Below are positions 20,075 to 31,067 of a stretch of DNA of 64,000 nt, in pieces. The notes below the pieces were generated by a model. It was not told the DNA's origin. It saw nothing but the letters and a program-made list of their open reading frames with translations, and made no database searches. The translations under genes were made by a program, and so were the position numbers. The stretch comes from an uncultured Pseudomonadota bacterium. GTDB lineage: Bacteria > Myxococcota_A > Polyangia > Fen-1088. The stretch covers positions 32,001 to 96,000 of the forward strand of contig CAWKBC010000014.1 of NCBI GenBank assembly GCA_963847705.1, in the 5' to 3' direction. Within the stretch, counting starts at the first letter, position 1. Every line of letters starts with the position of its first letter.

Positions 20075-20195
20075 GCGTCGACGCAGGATAGCGCTTTGAT
20101 TCGGATCTCGACGCTGTTATAAAGGTCCTTCTCTTTTTTCGATGACAAGCTCGGTGGAGCCGGACGTTCGGGCTCCTGTTCTACCGGAGGTGTTC

Positions 20196-22169
20196 ATGCT
20201 CGCTCGCCCACGCCGGGGTCTGATCCAGGCGGCCGTCATCGCAGCGGCTGTGACCGGCTTCGTCGCGTCCGCCCACGCCCAGCTGCAGGTCGCGCCGGTC
20301 GATCTCGAGATCTTCCGCCCGGCGATGGACTCCAAGGGGTTCATCACCATCAACTCCTCGGGCGTTCTCGGGCAGGGAGATCTCTCCTTCGGTCTCGTCA
20401 CGTCGTACGCGCGCAAGCCGCTGGTGCTGAACGGGATGACCGGCACCCAGGCGACCCAGTTCGCCGTGAACACCCTGGTGGTGCCGTCGCTGCAGGCAGC
20501 GGTCGGCTTCACGCACCTGCCACACCTCGGGTTCGAGCTCGGGGTGGTCCTGCCGCTGGCCATCGTGTCGGGTCAGAGCACGCCCAGCGATCAGACCGCG
20601 ATGGGGACCAAGGACTGGACCTTCACCGCGCAGGGGATCGGCGACCTCCAGGTCCATCCCAAGATCCGGCTGATGAACGCCACCCGCAACGGGGTGGGGT
20701 TGGCGATCATCCCGTCGGTGATCCTGCCGACCGGCGACAAGAAGTCCTTCTTCGGTGAAGGGCAGACAATCTTCCAGCCGACCGCGGTCATCGACACCGA
20801 GCTCGGCTACCTCGGGCGCTTCCGGGCGGCGATCAACGGCGGGATGCGAATCCGGCCGCACGAGGCCGTGTTCACGGACGACGCGAATGCGTTCACGAAC
20901 ACGGGAGATCCCAACGCGTCGATGGTCCCGATGCTCACCGGGATGACCACCACCACCAACGCCGGGATCCGCATCGGCAACGAGTTCATCGGCGGCCTCG
21001 GCCTCTCCTACGGCATCGTGCCGCAGAAGTTCGACGTCGTGGGCGAGGTCTACGGCAACTACGGCACCAGCTCGTACAAGGTCGCGCCCGACGGGACGAC
21101 CAGCAAGATGGGCCTGTCGGCCGAGGCGATCGCCGGCATCAAGCTCTATCTGGCGCGCAACTCGTTCTTCGAGCTGGGCGGCGGCTACAAGGTGGCCGAC
21201 GGCTACGGCGGCGGTGCGCCCCGGGCCTTCGTCGGCTTCATCTTCGAGCCGTCGATCGGCGACCGCGACGGCGACGGCTACAAGGACGACGTCGACCAGT
21301 GCCCCGACGATCCCGAGGACTTCGACGACTTCGAGGACGCCGACGGCTGCCCCGATCCCGACAACGACAAGGACGGCATCCCCGACGTCGACGACAAGTG
21401 CCCGAACGATCCGGAGACCAAGAACGGCTACCAGGACGCCGACGGCTGCCCGGACAACACCACGTTCGATCGCGACGGCGACGGCATCCCCGACGACATC
21501 GACAAGTGCCCCGACGATCCCGAGGACAAGGACAACTTCGAGGACGCCGACGGCTGCCCGGATCCCGACAACGACAAGGACGGCATCCCCGACAAGAACG
21601 ATCTTTGTCCCAACGATCCGGAGGACAAGGACGGCTTCGAGGACCAGGACGGCTGCCCGGATCCTGACAACGATCACGACCGCATCCTCGACAAGGATGA
21701 CAAGTGTCCGAACGAGCCGGAGACCTACAACGGCTACCAGGACGCCGACGGCTGCCCCGACAAGGGGAAGGTCATCGTCCACAAGGGCAAGCTGGAGATC
21801 CTGGACAAGATCTACTTCGAGACCGACAAGGACGAGATCAAGCCGGTGTCGTTCCCGCTGCTCGACGCCATCGCGGCGACGATCAACGGCAACCCGCAGA
21901 TCGACCTGATCGAAATTCAGGGGCACGCCGACGAGCGCGGCGACGACGCGCACAACCTCGATCTGACCGAGCGGCGCGCCCACTCGGTGCGGGTGGCCCT
22001 CGAGCAACGCAACGTCTTGCCCAGTCGCCTCAAGAGCCACGGCTACGGCGAGACCAAGCCGATCTGCATGCAGCACAACGAAGACTGCTGGAGCCAGAAT
22101 CGCCGCGTCGAGTTCATCATCCTCAAGCGCTCCGACGAAGCGAAGCTCCAGGGCGGCGAAGGCCAGTAG
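20196..22169 (+). CDS. OmpA-family outer membrane protein with thrombospondin type-3 repeats (TraB-like architecture)
   Basis: GGAGG SD, signal peptide, beta-barrel-like N-terminal half, five DxDxDGxxDxxDxCP repeats, OmpA C-domain (IQGHAD, NLDLTERRA, GYGETKP, NRRVEF). Confidence 0.9.
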   Translation: MLARPRRGLIQAAVIAAAVTGFVASAHAQLQVAPVDLEIFRPAMDSKGFITINSSGVLGQGDLSFGLVTSYARKPLVLNGMTGTQATQFAVNTLVVPSLQAAVGFTHLPHLGFELGVVLPLAIVSGQSTPSDQTAMGTKDWTFTAQGIGDLQVHPKIRLMNATRNGVGLAIIPSVILPTGDKKSFFGEGQTIFQPTAVIDTELGYLGRFRAAINGGMRIRPHEAVFTDDANAFTNTGDPNASMVPMLTGMTTTTNAGIRIGNEFIGGLGLSYGIVPQKFDVVGEVYGNYGTSSYKVAPDGTTSKMGLSAEAIAGIKLYLARNSFFELGGGYKVADGYGGGAPRAFVGFIFEPSIGDRDGDGYKDDVDQCPDDPEDFDDFEDADGCPDPDNDKDGIPDVDDKCPNDPETKNGYQDADGCPDNTTFDRDGDGIPDDIDKCPDDPEDKDNFEDADGCPDPDNDKDGIPDKNDLCPNDPEDKDGFEDQDGCPDPDNDHDRILDKDDKCPNEPETYNGYQDADGCPDKGKVIVHKGKLEILDKIYFETDKDEIKPVSFPLLDAIAATINGNPQIDLIEIQGHADERGDDAHNLDLTERRAHSVRVALEQRNVLPSRLKSHGYGETKPICMQHNEDCWSQNRRVEFIILKRSDEAKLQGGEGQ

Positions 22170-22254
22170 CCCGAAGGCCAGCAGCCCGAAGGCCAGTCGC
22201 CCGAAGGCCAGCAGATCGAAGGCCAGTCGCCCGAAGGCCAGTCGCCCGAAGGCC
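22157..22254 (+). repeat. 15-bp tandem repeat (CGAAGGCCAGyvGCC x6.5) starting in the last codons of the OmpA gene
   Basis: Units at 22157, 22172, 22187, 22202, 22217, 22232 and a partial at 22247; followed by a TTTCAGGGA...TCCCTGAAA hairpin. Confidence 0.9.
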
Positions 22255-22312
22255 GCCTTTCAGGGATTCCCCGGGGGTCCCTGAAACGGCGATCCCGTGA
22301 TAATTTCAGGCC

Positions 22313-23218
22313 GTGCCCAGCGCGTCTGATCTGGTCGTGGGCCTTGGCCAAGTCACCGTCGAGATGCTCGGCGTGGGGCCGCGGACGCCCGAGCCGGTCG
22401 TCGAGCTCGCCACCTTCAGCATCCAGACCGGGGGCGCGGTCGGGACCACGCTGGCGACCGTGGCGGCCTTCGGCGGGCGCGCGCGTTACTTCGGCCGACT
22501 CTCCGACGACGAGTTTGGCTCGATCATCCTCCGCGGTCTGAAGGGCTTCGGGGTCGACGTCTCGCAGGTCCTGATCGAGCCGGGCAAGGTCTCGCCGGGC
22601 TCGTTCATCCTGGTGGACGAACGGACGGGGCGGCGGCTCACGCGCTTCACGCGCGGCAGCACCACGCCGATCGATCCGGGCGAGCTCCCCCGCAACCTGT
22701 TCGACGACGCGCGCATCCTGCTGGTCGACGGCCGCACCCCCAACACCCAGGTCGCCGCCGCCGAGAAAGCCAGGGCGCTGGGGATCACCGTGCTGCTCGA
22801 TGCGCGCCGCCTGGGCGCCGGGATGGGCGAGCTGCTCGATCTGTCGGACATCGTCATCGGCAACGAACGGTTCGCCGCCGAGTTCTCCCATTCCTCGGAC
22901 ATGAAGCGGAGCCTCCTCGAGCTCACCCAGATGGGGCCGAAGATCGCGGTCATCACGCTGGGAGAAGAAGGGGCCATCGGCCTGGAGAACGAGACGCTGG
23001 TCCGCCAGCCCGCGCTGCCGATCGAGGTCTACGACACCACCGGGGCCAGCGAGGTCTTCCGGGGCGCCTTCATCTACGGGACGCTGCAGGGGTGGCCGCT
23101 CGATCGCTGCCTGCCGTTCGCCAACGCCGCCGCCGCGCTCAACTGCCGCCACCTCGGCGGCACCGGCGGCATCCCCGCCCTCTCCGAAGTCACCCGCGCC
23201 GCGGGATTGTCCGCGTAG
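22313..23218 (+). CDS. PfkB-family carbohydrate kinase-like protein
   Basis: GGAVGTT, ITLGEEGA, and DTTGASEVF (variant of DTTGAGD), ANAAAALNC. Confidence 0.85.
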   Translation: MPSASDLVVGLGQVTVEMLGVGPRTPEPVVELATFSIQTGGAVGTTLATVAAFGGRARYFGRLSDDEFGSIILRGLKGFGVDVSQVLIEPGKVSPGSFILVDERTGRRLTRFTRGSTTPIDPGELPRNLFDDARILLVDGRTPNTQVAAAEKARALGITVLLDARRLGAGMGELLDLSDIVIGNERFAAEFSHSSDMKRSLLELTQMGPKIAVITLGEEGAIGLENETLVRQPALPIEVYDTTGASEVFRGAFIYGTLQGWPLDRCLPFANAAAALNCRHLGGTGGIPALSEVTRAAGLSA

Positions 23219-23232
23219 CGCCGTTCGGCTCG

Positions 23233-23634
23233 GCTCCGCTCGGCACTTCCGGCGAGGGCGGCGGGGGCCGGGTGTCTCCCTGCCGTCCGCGAAAAGGAAT
23301 CCTCGGCCGCGAACGATCAGAGCGGCCTGCGGGCTCCCGGCAGGGAGACACCCGGCCCCCGCCGCTCTCTTGGGCGAGCCTCGACTCCGCTGCGCCGGCC
23401 CCGTGCCCGATCCGCTTACGGCAGAAGGCCTCCATGATTAGGTCACCGCCTCTTCCGTGGACAGGTCATGCTTAGCGGAGCCAAGGCACAACGCGCGAAG
23501 GCGGCGGGGGCCGGGATATCTCTCCGCCGGGAGCTCGCAGGCCGCTCTGATCGTTTGCGGCCGAGGATTCCTTCTCGCGGACGGCGGAGAGATATCCCGG
23601 CCCCCGCCGTCCCTCGCCAGAAGCCGAGCGGAGC
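23233..23634. repeat. Inverted pair of ~160-bp elements, each a 28-bp perfect hairpin with a 52-nt loop
   Basis: Copy A 23233-23391 (stem 23258-23285/23338-23365); copy B 23474-23634 in reverse orientation (stem 23502-23529/23582-23609). Confidence 0.9.
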
Positions 23635-23645
23635 GGGAGCGGCCG

Positions 23646-26006
23646 CTACTTGGGACCGCCGGACTTGGGCTCGGCGCCGAGGTGGCCGGGGGGGCCGGCG
23701 GCGGCGTAGAAGGGCTCGGCGACGTTGGCGGCGGTGCCCCACTTGGCCTTCGACCAGGTGGTCTCGTAGCCGTGCAGGAGGCCGAGGACGCCCCGCATCC
23801 CGCGCAGCGCGATCGGGTGATCGGCGGCGATGTCCTTCTGCTCGCGCGGATCGGTGAACTCGTCGTAGAGCTCCATCCGTCCGGGGCCCTTGTGCACCAG
23901 CCGGTAGCGATCGACCTTGAGGCCGCGCGCGACCTGACCGTCGACGGTGAGCGCGGCGCGCGGCGAGACGCCGACCTCGTCGAACACCAGCGGCACCAGC
24001 GTCGTCCCCTGCATCTTGGGGTCGGGCTTGGCGCCTGCCAGGTCCATCAACGTCGGCGCCATGTCCATCATCTCGACGTCGGCGTTGACCACGCCGCCCT
24101 TCGGCAGGAGTCCCGGCGCGCGGATGATCATCGGGACGTGCGTCAGCTCTTGATACACGGTGTCGCCGTGACCGACGCTGCCGTGCTCGTAGAACTGGTC
24201 GCCGTGGTCGGACACCACGATGACCACGGACCTTTCGTAGATCCCCATCTTCTTGAGGTCGGCGATGAAGCCGGCGAAGAGCGCGTCGCTGCCAGTGATC
24301 TCGGCGTCGTGCAGCGCCTCGAGGTATGCCTTGTCGTTGTCGTTGATCTTGAGCTTGCCGACCTTGATGAGGCCGAGCTGCACGCCGGTCTGCACCGGCT
24401 TCAGCGGCCCCGTGTAGGGCTTGTTCCAGTACTTGACCAGGAACTCCTTCTTCGGCGTGTAGGCGACGTGGGGCTCGATGGTGGCGAGGTAGACGAACTG
24501 CTTCTTGTTGAGCAGCGGCGTGATCCACGCCTTGGCCGTCTTCCAGAGGTAGTCGGCGCTGTTGGGGAGCGACTCCCGGATGAAGTTGCGGTCGACGTCC
24601 CAGCCGCGATCGAACCCCCATTTCGCCGAGATGTAGCCGTTCGAGGAGAACATCCCCGTCTTGTAGCCGTCGTGCTTCAGCTCCTCGGCCACGAAGGGGA
24701 CGGTGGGCGAGAGCTTCGACTCGTGCGCGGTCGCCTTGTGAACCGTGGGATAGACGCCGGTCAAGAGCGACGCGTGCGACGGCAGCGACCAGGTCCCCTG
24801 CACCGTCGCCCAGGCGAAGCGGGTGGCGTCGGCGGCGAAGGCGTCGTAGTTCGGCGTCAGCACGCGCGTCTTTTCGTTGTAGCCGTGCATCTTGTCGGCG
24901 CGGAAGGTGTCGACCATCCAGACGTAGATGTGATCGAACCGGGGCTGCGGCGTCGGCGGCGAGACGTGCGGAGGCGCCTTCACCACCACCCGCGGCTCAG
25001 CCCACGCCACCGCGCCACCCCGCGCGACGAAGTCGATGCGCGCGGCGTGCCCGGCGGCCTCGCCGCAGTCGAGAAGCAGATCGGTCCAGCGTGCCGCGGC
25101 GGGCCCTTCGTGCAGCGTCCGCGTCGGCTGCCCGTCGACGGCGACGCGAACCAGCGCCGTCCCACCTGCGTTGCCCTCGCTGCCGTAGCCGACCGCCAGG
25201 TGCGCGCCGGGGGGGAGCTGAACGTAGTAGGAGATCCGCGACCCGTGCCCGCCTGCGAACAGCGCCCGCCGGGCCACGCCCCCCACGGTCACGTCGCGCG
25301 CTTCCGCAATCCCGAGATCGGCCGGCACCGCCCCCAGCGCCGTCGGCCCGAGCGCGATCTGCTGGATCGCCGCGGCCGACCGCTTGCCGCCCGCGAGGTT
25401 CGCCGCGCTCTTGAAGGTCAACCGCACCCGGTTGTCGCCGTTGTGAAGGAGCTCCGGCGGCACGACCACGTCGTAGCGCTTCCTGGCGGCGCCGACGTCG
25501 AGCGTCCCCACCGGCTTCTCGTTGACGAAGATCGACACCTTCTGCGCCGGCGCCAGCGCCCGCATGGTCAGCGACAGCGTGCTGGCGCCCGGGGCCGCGC
25601 CGCCCGCCCCGTCTCCGTCGGCGTCGACGGGGAGAAAGGCCATCGCCGAGACGCCGTTGATGAGCGACGCCGGCTTCCCCTCGTCCTTCTCGCCGAGCAG
25701 CCACGAGGTCTTCCAGCCGCCGTCGACGTACTTGAGAAAATCGAGCGCCCCGGCGTCGACGACCAGGCGGCCGTCGCGGTGCGAGACCGCATGCACCCGG
25801 TTGGCGATGAAATCGAAGGCGGTCCGGGTGCCGGCCCCATCGACTGCGGCCGGGGCGGGCGGCGGCGCGGGGGCGGCCACTGCCGCGGCGGGAGCGTCGA
25901 GCCCCTTGCCGGCATCAGGTGGGTGACCGCAGCTTGCGATCAGAAAGGCGACCGTCGGCAGGACCCGCGCGCCGCGGAGCCGTCCGACAGAGCCAGAACC
26001 AGTCAC
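23646..26006 (-). CDS. Sulfatase-like hydrolase, probable lipoprotein
   Basis: VDTFRAD, TPNYDAFA, WSLPSHASLLTG, EPH, VSDHGD, GHG, HVPMII; IASC lipobox. The start (GTG 26006) is uncertain. Confidence 0.85.
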   Translation of the reverse strand: MTGSGSVGRLRGARVLPTVAFLIASCGHPPDAGKGLDAPAAAVAAPAPPPAPAAVDGAGTRTAFDFIANRVHAVSHRDGRLVVDAGALDFLKYVDGGWKTSWLLGEKDEGKPASLINGVSAMAFLPVDADGDGAGGAAPGASTLSLTMRALAPAQKVSIFVNEKPVGTLDVGAARKRYDVVVPPELLHNGDNRVRLTFKSAANLAGGKRSAAAIQQIALGPTALGAVPADLGIAEARDVTVGGVARRALFAGGHGSRISYYVQLPPGAHLAVGYGSEGNAGGTALVRVAVDGQPTRTLHEGPAAARWTDLLLDCGEAAGHAARIDFVARGGAVAWAEPRVVVKAPPHVSPPTPQPRFDHIYVWMVDTFRADKMHGYNEKTRVLTPNYDAFAADATRFAWATVQGTWSLPSHASLLTGVYPTVHKATAHESKLSPTVPFVAEELKHDGYKTGMFSSNGYISAKWGFDRGWDVDRNFIRESLPNSADYLWKTAKAWITPLLNKKQFVYLATIEPHVAYTPKKEFLVKYWNKPYTGPLKPVQTGVQLGLIKVGKLKINDNDKAYLEALHDAEITGSDALFAGFIADLKKMGIYERSVVIVVSDHGDQFYEHGSVGHGDTVYQELTHVPMIIRAPGLLPKGGVVNADVEMMDMAPTLMDLAGAKPDPKMQGTTLVPLVFDEVGVSPRAALTVDGQVARGLKVDRYRLVHKGPGRMELYDEFTDPREQKDIAADHPIALRGMRGVLGLLHGYETTWSKAKWGTAANVAEPFYAAAGPPGHLGAEPKSGGPK

Positions 26007-26105
26007 CAAACTTCGAACGGGCACCTTGCAAGGCAAGTATCGCGGACCCCCACAAACGTCAAGGAATCTCGCCACATCGCCGCGCTCGGCGCGATCGCCG
26101 CCTGG

Positions 26106-27803
26106 TCAGCGGCCGCGGCTGGCCGCGCCGAGCTGAGCGGTGACCTTGGTGGTCGCCTCGCTGAGGTAGACCTTCTTGGTCCAGGGCGCGTAGCCGGCCA
26201 TCGTCGCGCGGATCGAGACCTGCTCGTAGCGGGCGGTCGGCAACCGGCGCGGCGCCCCGCCGAGCGCCAGCCCGTTGACCGAGATCGCCGCCCCCGGCGG
26301 TGACGATGCGACGATCAGCGTCGCCGGAGGCCGGTGCAACCGCTCGGAGACGGCGAGCGGCGTGCCAGCCTCGGCGGTCACCTCGCGTGTGAGGGACTGG
26401 TAGCGCTCGTGCACGATGGTCAGGACGCCGGCCCCGCAGGGGATCTTCGCGTTGGCGAGGGGACTCTTGCCCAGCGTCTGCCCGCGCCACGAGACCTTGG
26501 CCTCGCTCGGCTCGGTGACGACGCGTGCGCTGCAGCCGTCCGACCCGGCGGCGGGGCGCGTGACCGGCGCGGCGCGCTTCGCCGCGACCACGGCCGCCTG
26601 CGACGGTGACTCGGCCGGAGGCGCCCGCGGCGGATCGCGCGCCGGAACAGCCACGTGCTCCTCTGCGACCGGGGGGAGCGGCGCGACGGCCTTCGGCGCC
26701 GGCATCGCCCGCTCCGCGGCGACGGGCGGGATCTGCGCGGTCGGAGCCACGGGCGCGACGGGCGCGACGATTTTGGGCCCCGGGTGAATCACCAGCCGCC
26801 CGATCCCGATACCGGCGAGGGTGCAAAGCAGGTACGGCGCAACCCGCGCGACGGTCGCCCGGAGGCGGTTCGACCGCTCGCCCGTCAGGTGCGACGTTTG
26901 CCCCGCGGTGCCGCTCGGCGCTCGGACAGGCGTCGAGTCGATCATCGTGGGCGCCGTCGGCTCCACCGCCAGCTCTGCCGGCCGCGCCGGAGCGAGACGT
27001 TCGAGCGTCTCGCCGTCGTCGGGGCGGGCCTCCGCGACCCGCTCCAGCGTCGCGTCCTCGTCGTCCGACTCCAACAGCGTGCTGTCGATGAAGGACGCCA
27101 GATCGGTCGCGTCCAGCTCGCTGAGCGGGTTGGCCGGCAGGGTGAAGGGCGCCCCCGGCGTTCGCGTCTCGGCGGGCGGGCGCGGGCCCGTCTCACCCGG
27201 CGCGCGCGCGCGCGGCTCAGGAGACAGGCTGGGGCGCGCGCCCGCGGGCGGGCTCACCGCCGCTCGTCCGAGCGGGCTCATCCCGATCATCGTCGCGGCG
27301 CGGCCGGACACCGGGGGCGGAGGCGGCGCGCGCAACGGCGGCGGCGCCCTGACCTCCGGGCGGGGGTCCGAGACGACGGTCGGCTCCGACGGCGTCTCCG
27401 GGATTGCGATTGGAACGGCCGCCCTCCGGCGCGCGAGCAACCGGCGATGCACGCTGGCGCTCCCCTCCTCCATCTCCAGCAGCAGCACCCGCAGCAGGGT
27501 CGGGCGCGGGCCAACTCCCGCGGGAACGGACGGTGCCGGTCTGGCTCCCGTGACGCGACAGCGGCCGCGCATCGCCACCGATTGGTCCTTGAGACGGATC
27601 GCGAATCGCCCCTCCGTGCCGATCGGCAGCTCGCCCGAGGCGGGGAGCACCAGCGCCCCCTCGGAGGCCAGGCCGGCGAACTTCTCCACGAACTCTTCGA
27701 GCGATTCGCACCGGGTGTTGACGTGGATGAGCGGACCGCGGGCGGCACCACCAGGGCCGCCACGTGCTCCGCCCGCCCCGCCCCCCGATCCTCCGCTCGG
27801 CAT
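26106..27803 (-). CDS. PilZ-like N-terminal domain + Pro-rich linker + TM + two PEGA domains
   Basis: LEEFVEKF...PIGTEGRFAIRL...RGRCRV; single TM; VVTEPSEAKV...LGKSP and ASSPPGAAISVNG PEGA motifs. Confidence 0.7.
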   Translation of the reverse strand: MPSGGSGGGAGGARGGPGGAARGPLIHVNTRCESLEEFVEKFAGLASEGALVLPASGELPIGTEGRFAIRLKDQSVAMRGRCRVTGARPAPSVPAGVGPRPTLLRVLLLEMEEGSASVHRRLLARRRAAVPIAIPETPSEPTVVSDPRPEVRAPPPLRAPPPPPVSGRAATMIGMSPLGRAAVSPPAGARPSLSPEPRARAPGETGPRPPAETRTPGAPFTLPANPLSELDATDLASFIDSTLLESDDEDATLERVAEARPDDGETLERLAPARPAELAVEPTAPTMIDSTPVRAPSGTAGQTSHLTGERSNRLRATVARVAPYLLCTLAGIGIGRLVIHPGPKIVAPVAPVAPTAQIPPVAAERAMPAPKAVAPLPPVAEEHVAVPARDPPRAPPAESPSQAAVVAAKRAAPVTRPAAGSDGCSARVVTEPSEAKVSWRGQTLGKSPLANAKIPCGAGVLTIVHERYQSLTREVTAEAGTPLAVSERLHRPPATLIVASSPPGAAISVNGLALGGAPRRLPTARYEQVSIRATMAGYAPWTKKVYLSEATTKVTAQLGAASRGR

Positions 27804-27865
27804 CGAGCGCACCACCTCACGCTCATCGACCAGTGCCGGCCCCAGCTAAAGGCGGGAGACCGAGG

Positions 27866-28495
27866 TCACGATTGGCTCGATCCCGTCTCGCGCATCAGCG
27901 CCGCGAGAGCCCGGGACTCATCGGACATCTGCGCCTCCAGGGCGGCCACGACGCCCCGGCGGTCCTCGGCGCTCCGGTTCTGACTCAGCTTGATCTTCCC
28001 CTCCAGCCGATCGACCGCGATCGTGAACCCCACGATGGCGCCGCGCATGGGCTGCGCAAAATCCTCGGGGAGCCGGTCCGGGCTCCAGGCGCCGGCTTGA
28101 CGGCCCTCATACTCCCAGGTCAGCTCGCGCAGCAGCTCGGTCAGCTCGGGCCCCTCGTGATGGACGCGGGTCTTGCCGACCGCGTGGACCACCACGTAGT
28201 TCCAGGTGGGAACGGCCGGCGAGGTCGCGTACCAGGTCGGCGAGATGTAGGCGTGCGGCCCGTGGAAGATCGCCGTCGTCGGAGCACCCCCCTCCATCGC
28301 TTGCCAGTGCCCATTGGCGCGCGCCAGGTGCCCCACCAGCACGACCCCGCCGCCCCGCCGCCGCACCAGCAGCGGGACGTGCGACACCCAGAGCTCGTCC
28401 GCCCCTGGCGTGATGACGGTGGCGAATGGGTACCGGGCGGCCAGCGCGAGGAGCTTCTCCGGATCCGTTTCGGCAAACGACGCCTGCACGTACAT
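27866..28495 (-). CDS. FMN-binding negative transcriptional regulator (PaiB-like)
   Basis: MYVQASF, HLARANGHW, GPHAYISPTWY, VPTWNY, KLSQNR. Confidence 0.93.
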   Translation of the reverse strand: MYVQASFAETDPEKLLALAARYPFATVITPGADELWVSHVPLLVRRRGGGVVLVGHLARANGHWQAMEGGAPTTAIFHGPHAYISPTWYATSPAVPTWNYVVVHAVGKTRVHHEGPELTELLRELTWEYEGRQAGAWSPDRLPEDFAQPMRGAIVGFTIAVDRLEGKIKLSQNRSAEDRRGVVAALEAQMSDESRALAALMRETGSSQS

Positions 28496-28510
28496 CCGGA
28501 CTTTATACCT

Positions 28511-28602
28511 CCAGGGTCCCGAACTGATCGCGTGAGGGCGAGACGGCTTCGCCGGCTCGACCTCTTCGCGGGGGGCGCGGGACCCTCCCAGGGTCCCGAA
28601 CT
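28511..28602. repeat. REP-like element, copy 2 (plus partial copy)
   Basis: CGCGTGAGGGCGAGACGGCTTCGCCGGCTCGACCTCTTCGCGGGGGGCGCGGGACCCTCCCAGGGTCCC; CCAGGGTCCCGAACT occurs twice, 77 bp apart. Confidence 0.8.
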
Positions 28603-28604
28603 AG

Positions 28605-29141
28605 CTAGGTGGTCGCGAGGCCGCGGGTCATGGCGATCTTGCCTGACCGGACCAGCTCGGTGATGTGGTAGTTCCGCAGCAGGCTGAGGAAGACGTCCAG
28701 CTTCTCCGCGGCGCCCACGATCCGGACGATCAGCGAGTCGACGCCGTAGTCGACCACCTTGGCGCTGTAGAGCTCGGTGATCTGCAGGAGCTCGGTCCGG
28801 TCGGCGACCTTGCACTTCAGCTTCACCAGCGCGACCTCGGTCTCGTAGACCGACTGGCCAGTGTGATCGAGCGCGGTCACCACGTCGATCAGCTTGGTCA
28901 CCTGCTTGATGATCTGCTCCAGCGTCTCGGGATCGCCGCTGCAGGTGATGGTCATGCGCGAGAAGTCACCGTTGGCGACGTCCGCGCTCACCACCAGGCT
29001 CTCGATGTTGTAGCCGCGCCGGGCGAACACCAGCGCGACCCGCACCAGGACGCCCGGCTTGTTGCGCACGAGGATCGACAGCGTGTGCAGCGGCGCCGTC
29101 TGCAGAATCGGCGAAATGTGGGCGGTTGCGGCGGCGGACAT
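28605..29141 (-). CDS. ilvN: Acetolactate synthase small (regulatory) subunit
   Basis: LVRNKPGVLVRV, RRGYNIESL, SRMTI, ELVRSG; directly downstream of the large subunit. Confidence 0.95.
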   Translation of the reverse strand: MSAAATAHISPILQTAPLHTLSILVRNKPGVLVRVALVFARRGYNIESLVVSADVANGDFSRMTITCSGDPETLEQIIKQVTKLIDVVTALDHTGQSVYETEVALVKLKCKVADRTELLQITELYSAKVVDYGVDSLIVRIVGAAEKLDVFLSLLRNYHITELVRSGKIAMTRGLATT

Positions 29142-29143
29142 CT

Positions 29144-30928
<1,785 letters not shown>

Positions 30929-31067
30929 AGGAAACCTCGCTTTCAGAAATGTGAGGTCCAAAGCTACGTCGAGTTCGACCTGCCGTCCAGCTGTTTGGAG
31001 ATGGTGCCTGAATTTTTCGTGTCGATTTGATCTATTTGACGCGACGCTCTCTGGCCTTACCCGTGAT

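Noticed and set aside
21260-21770. Nucleotide repeats inside the OmpA gene
   Set aside because: Explained by the protein's TSP3 repeats.
22157-22254. Possible mini-CRISPR
   Set aside because: 15-bp head-to-tail units with no spacers.
30929-31067. Possible ilv attenuator leader
   Set aside because: No Ile/Leu/Val-rich leader peptide or U-tailed terminator found.
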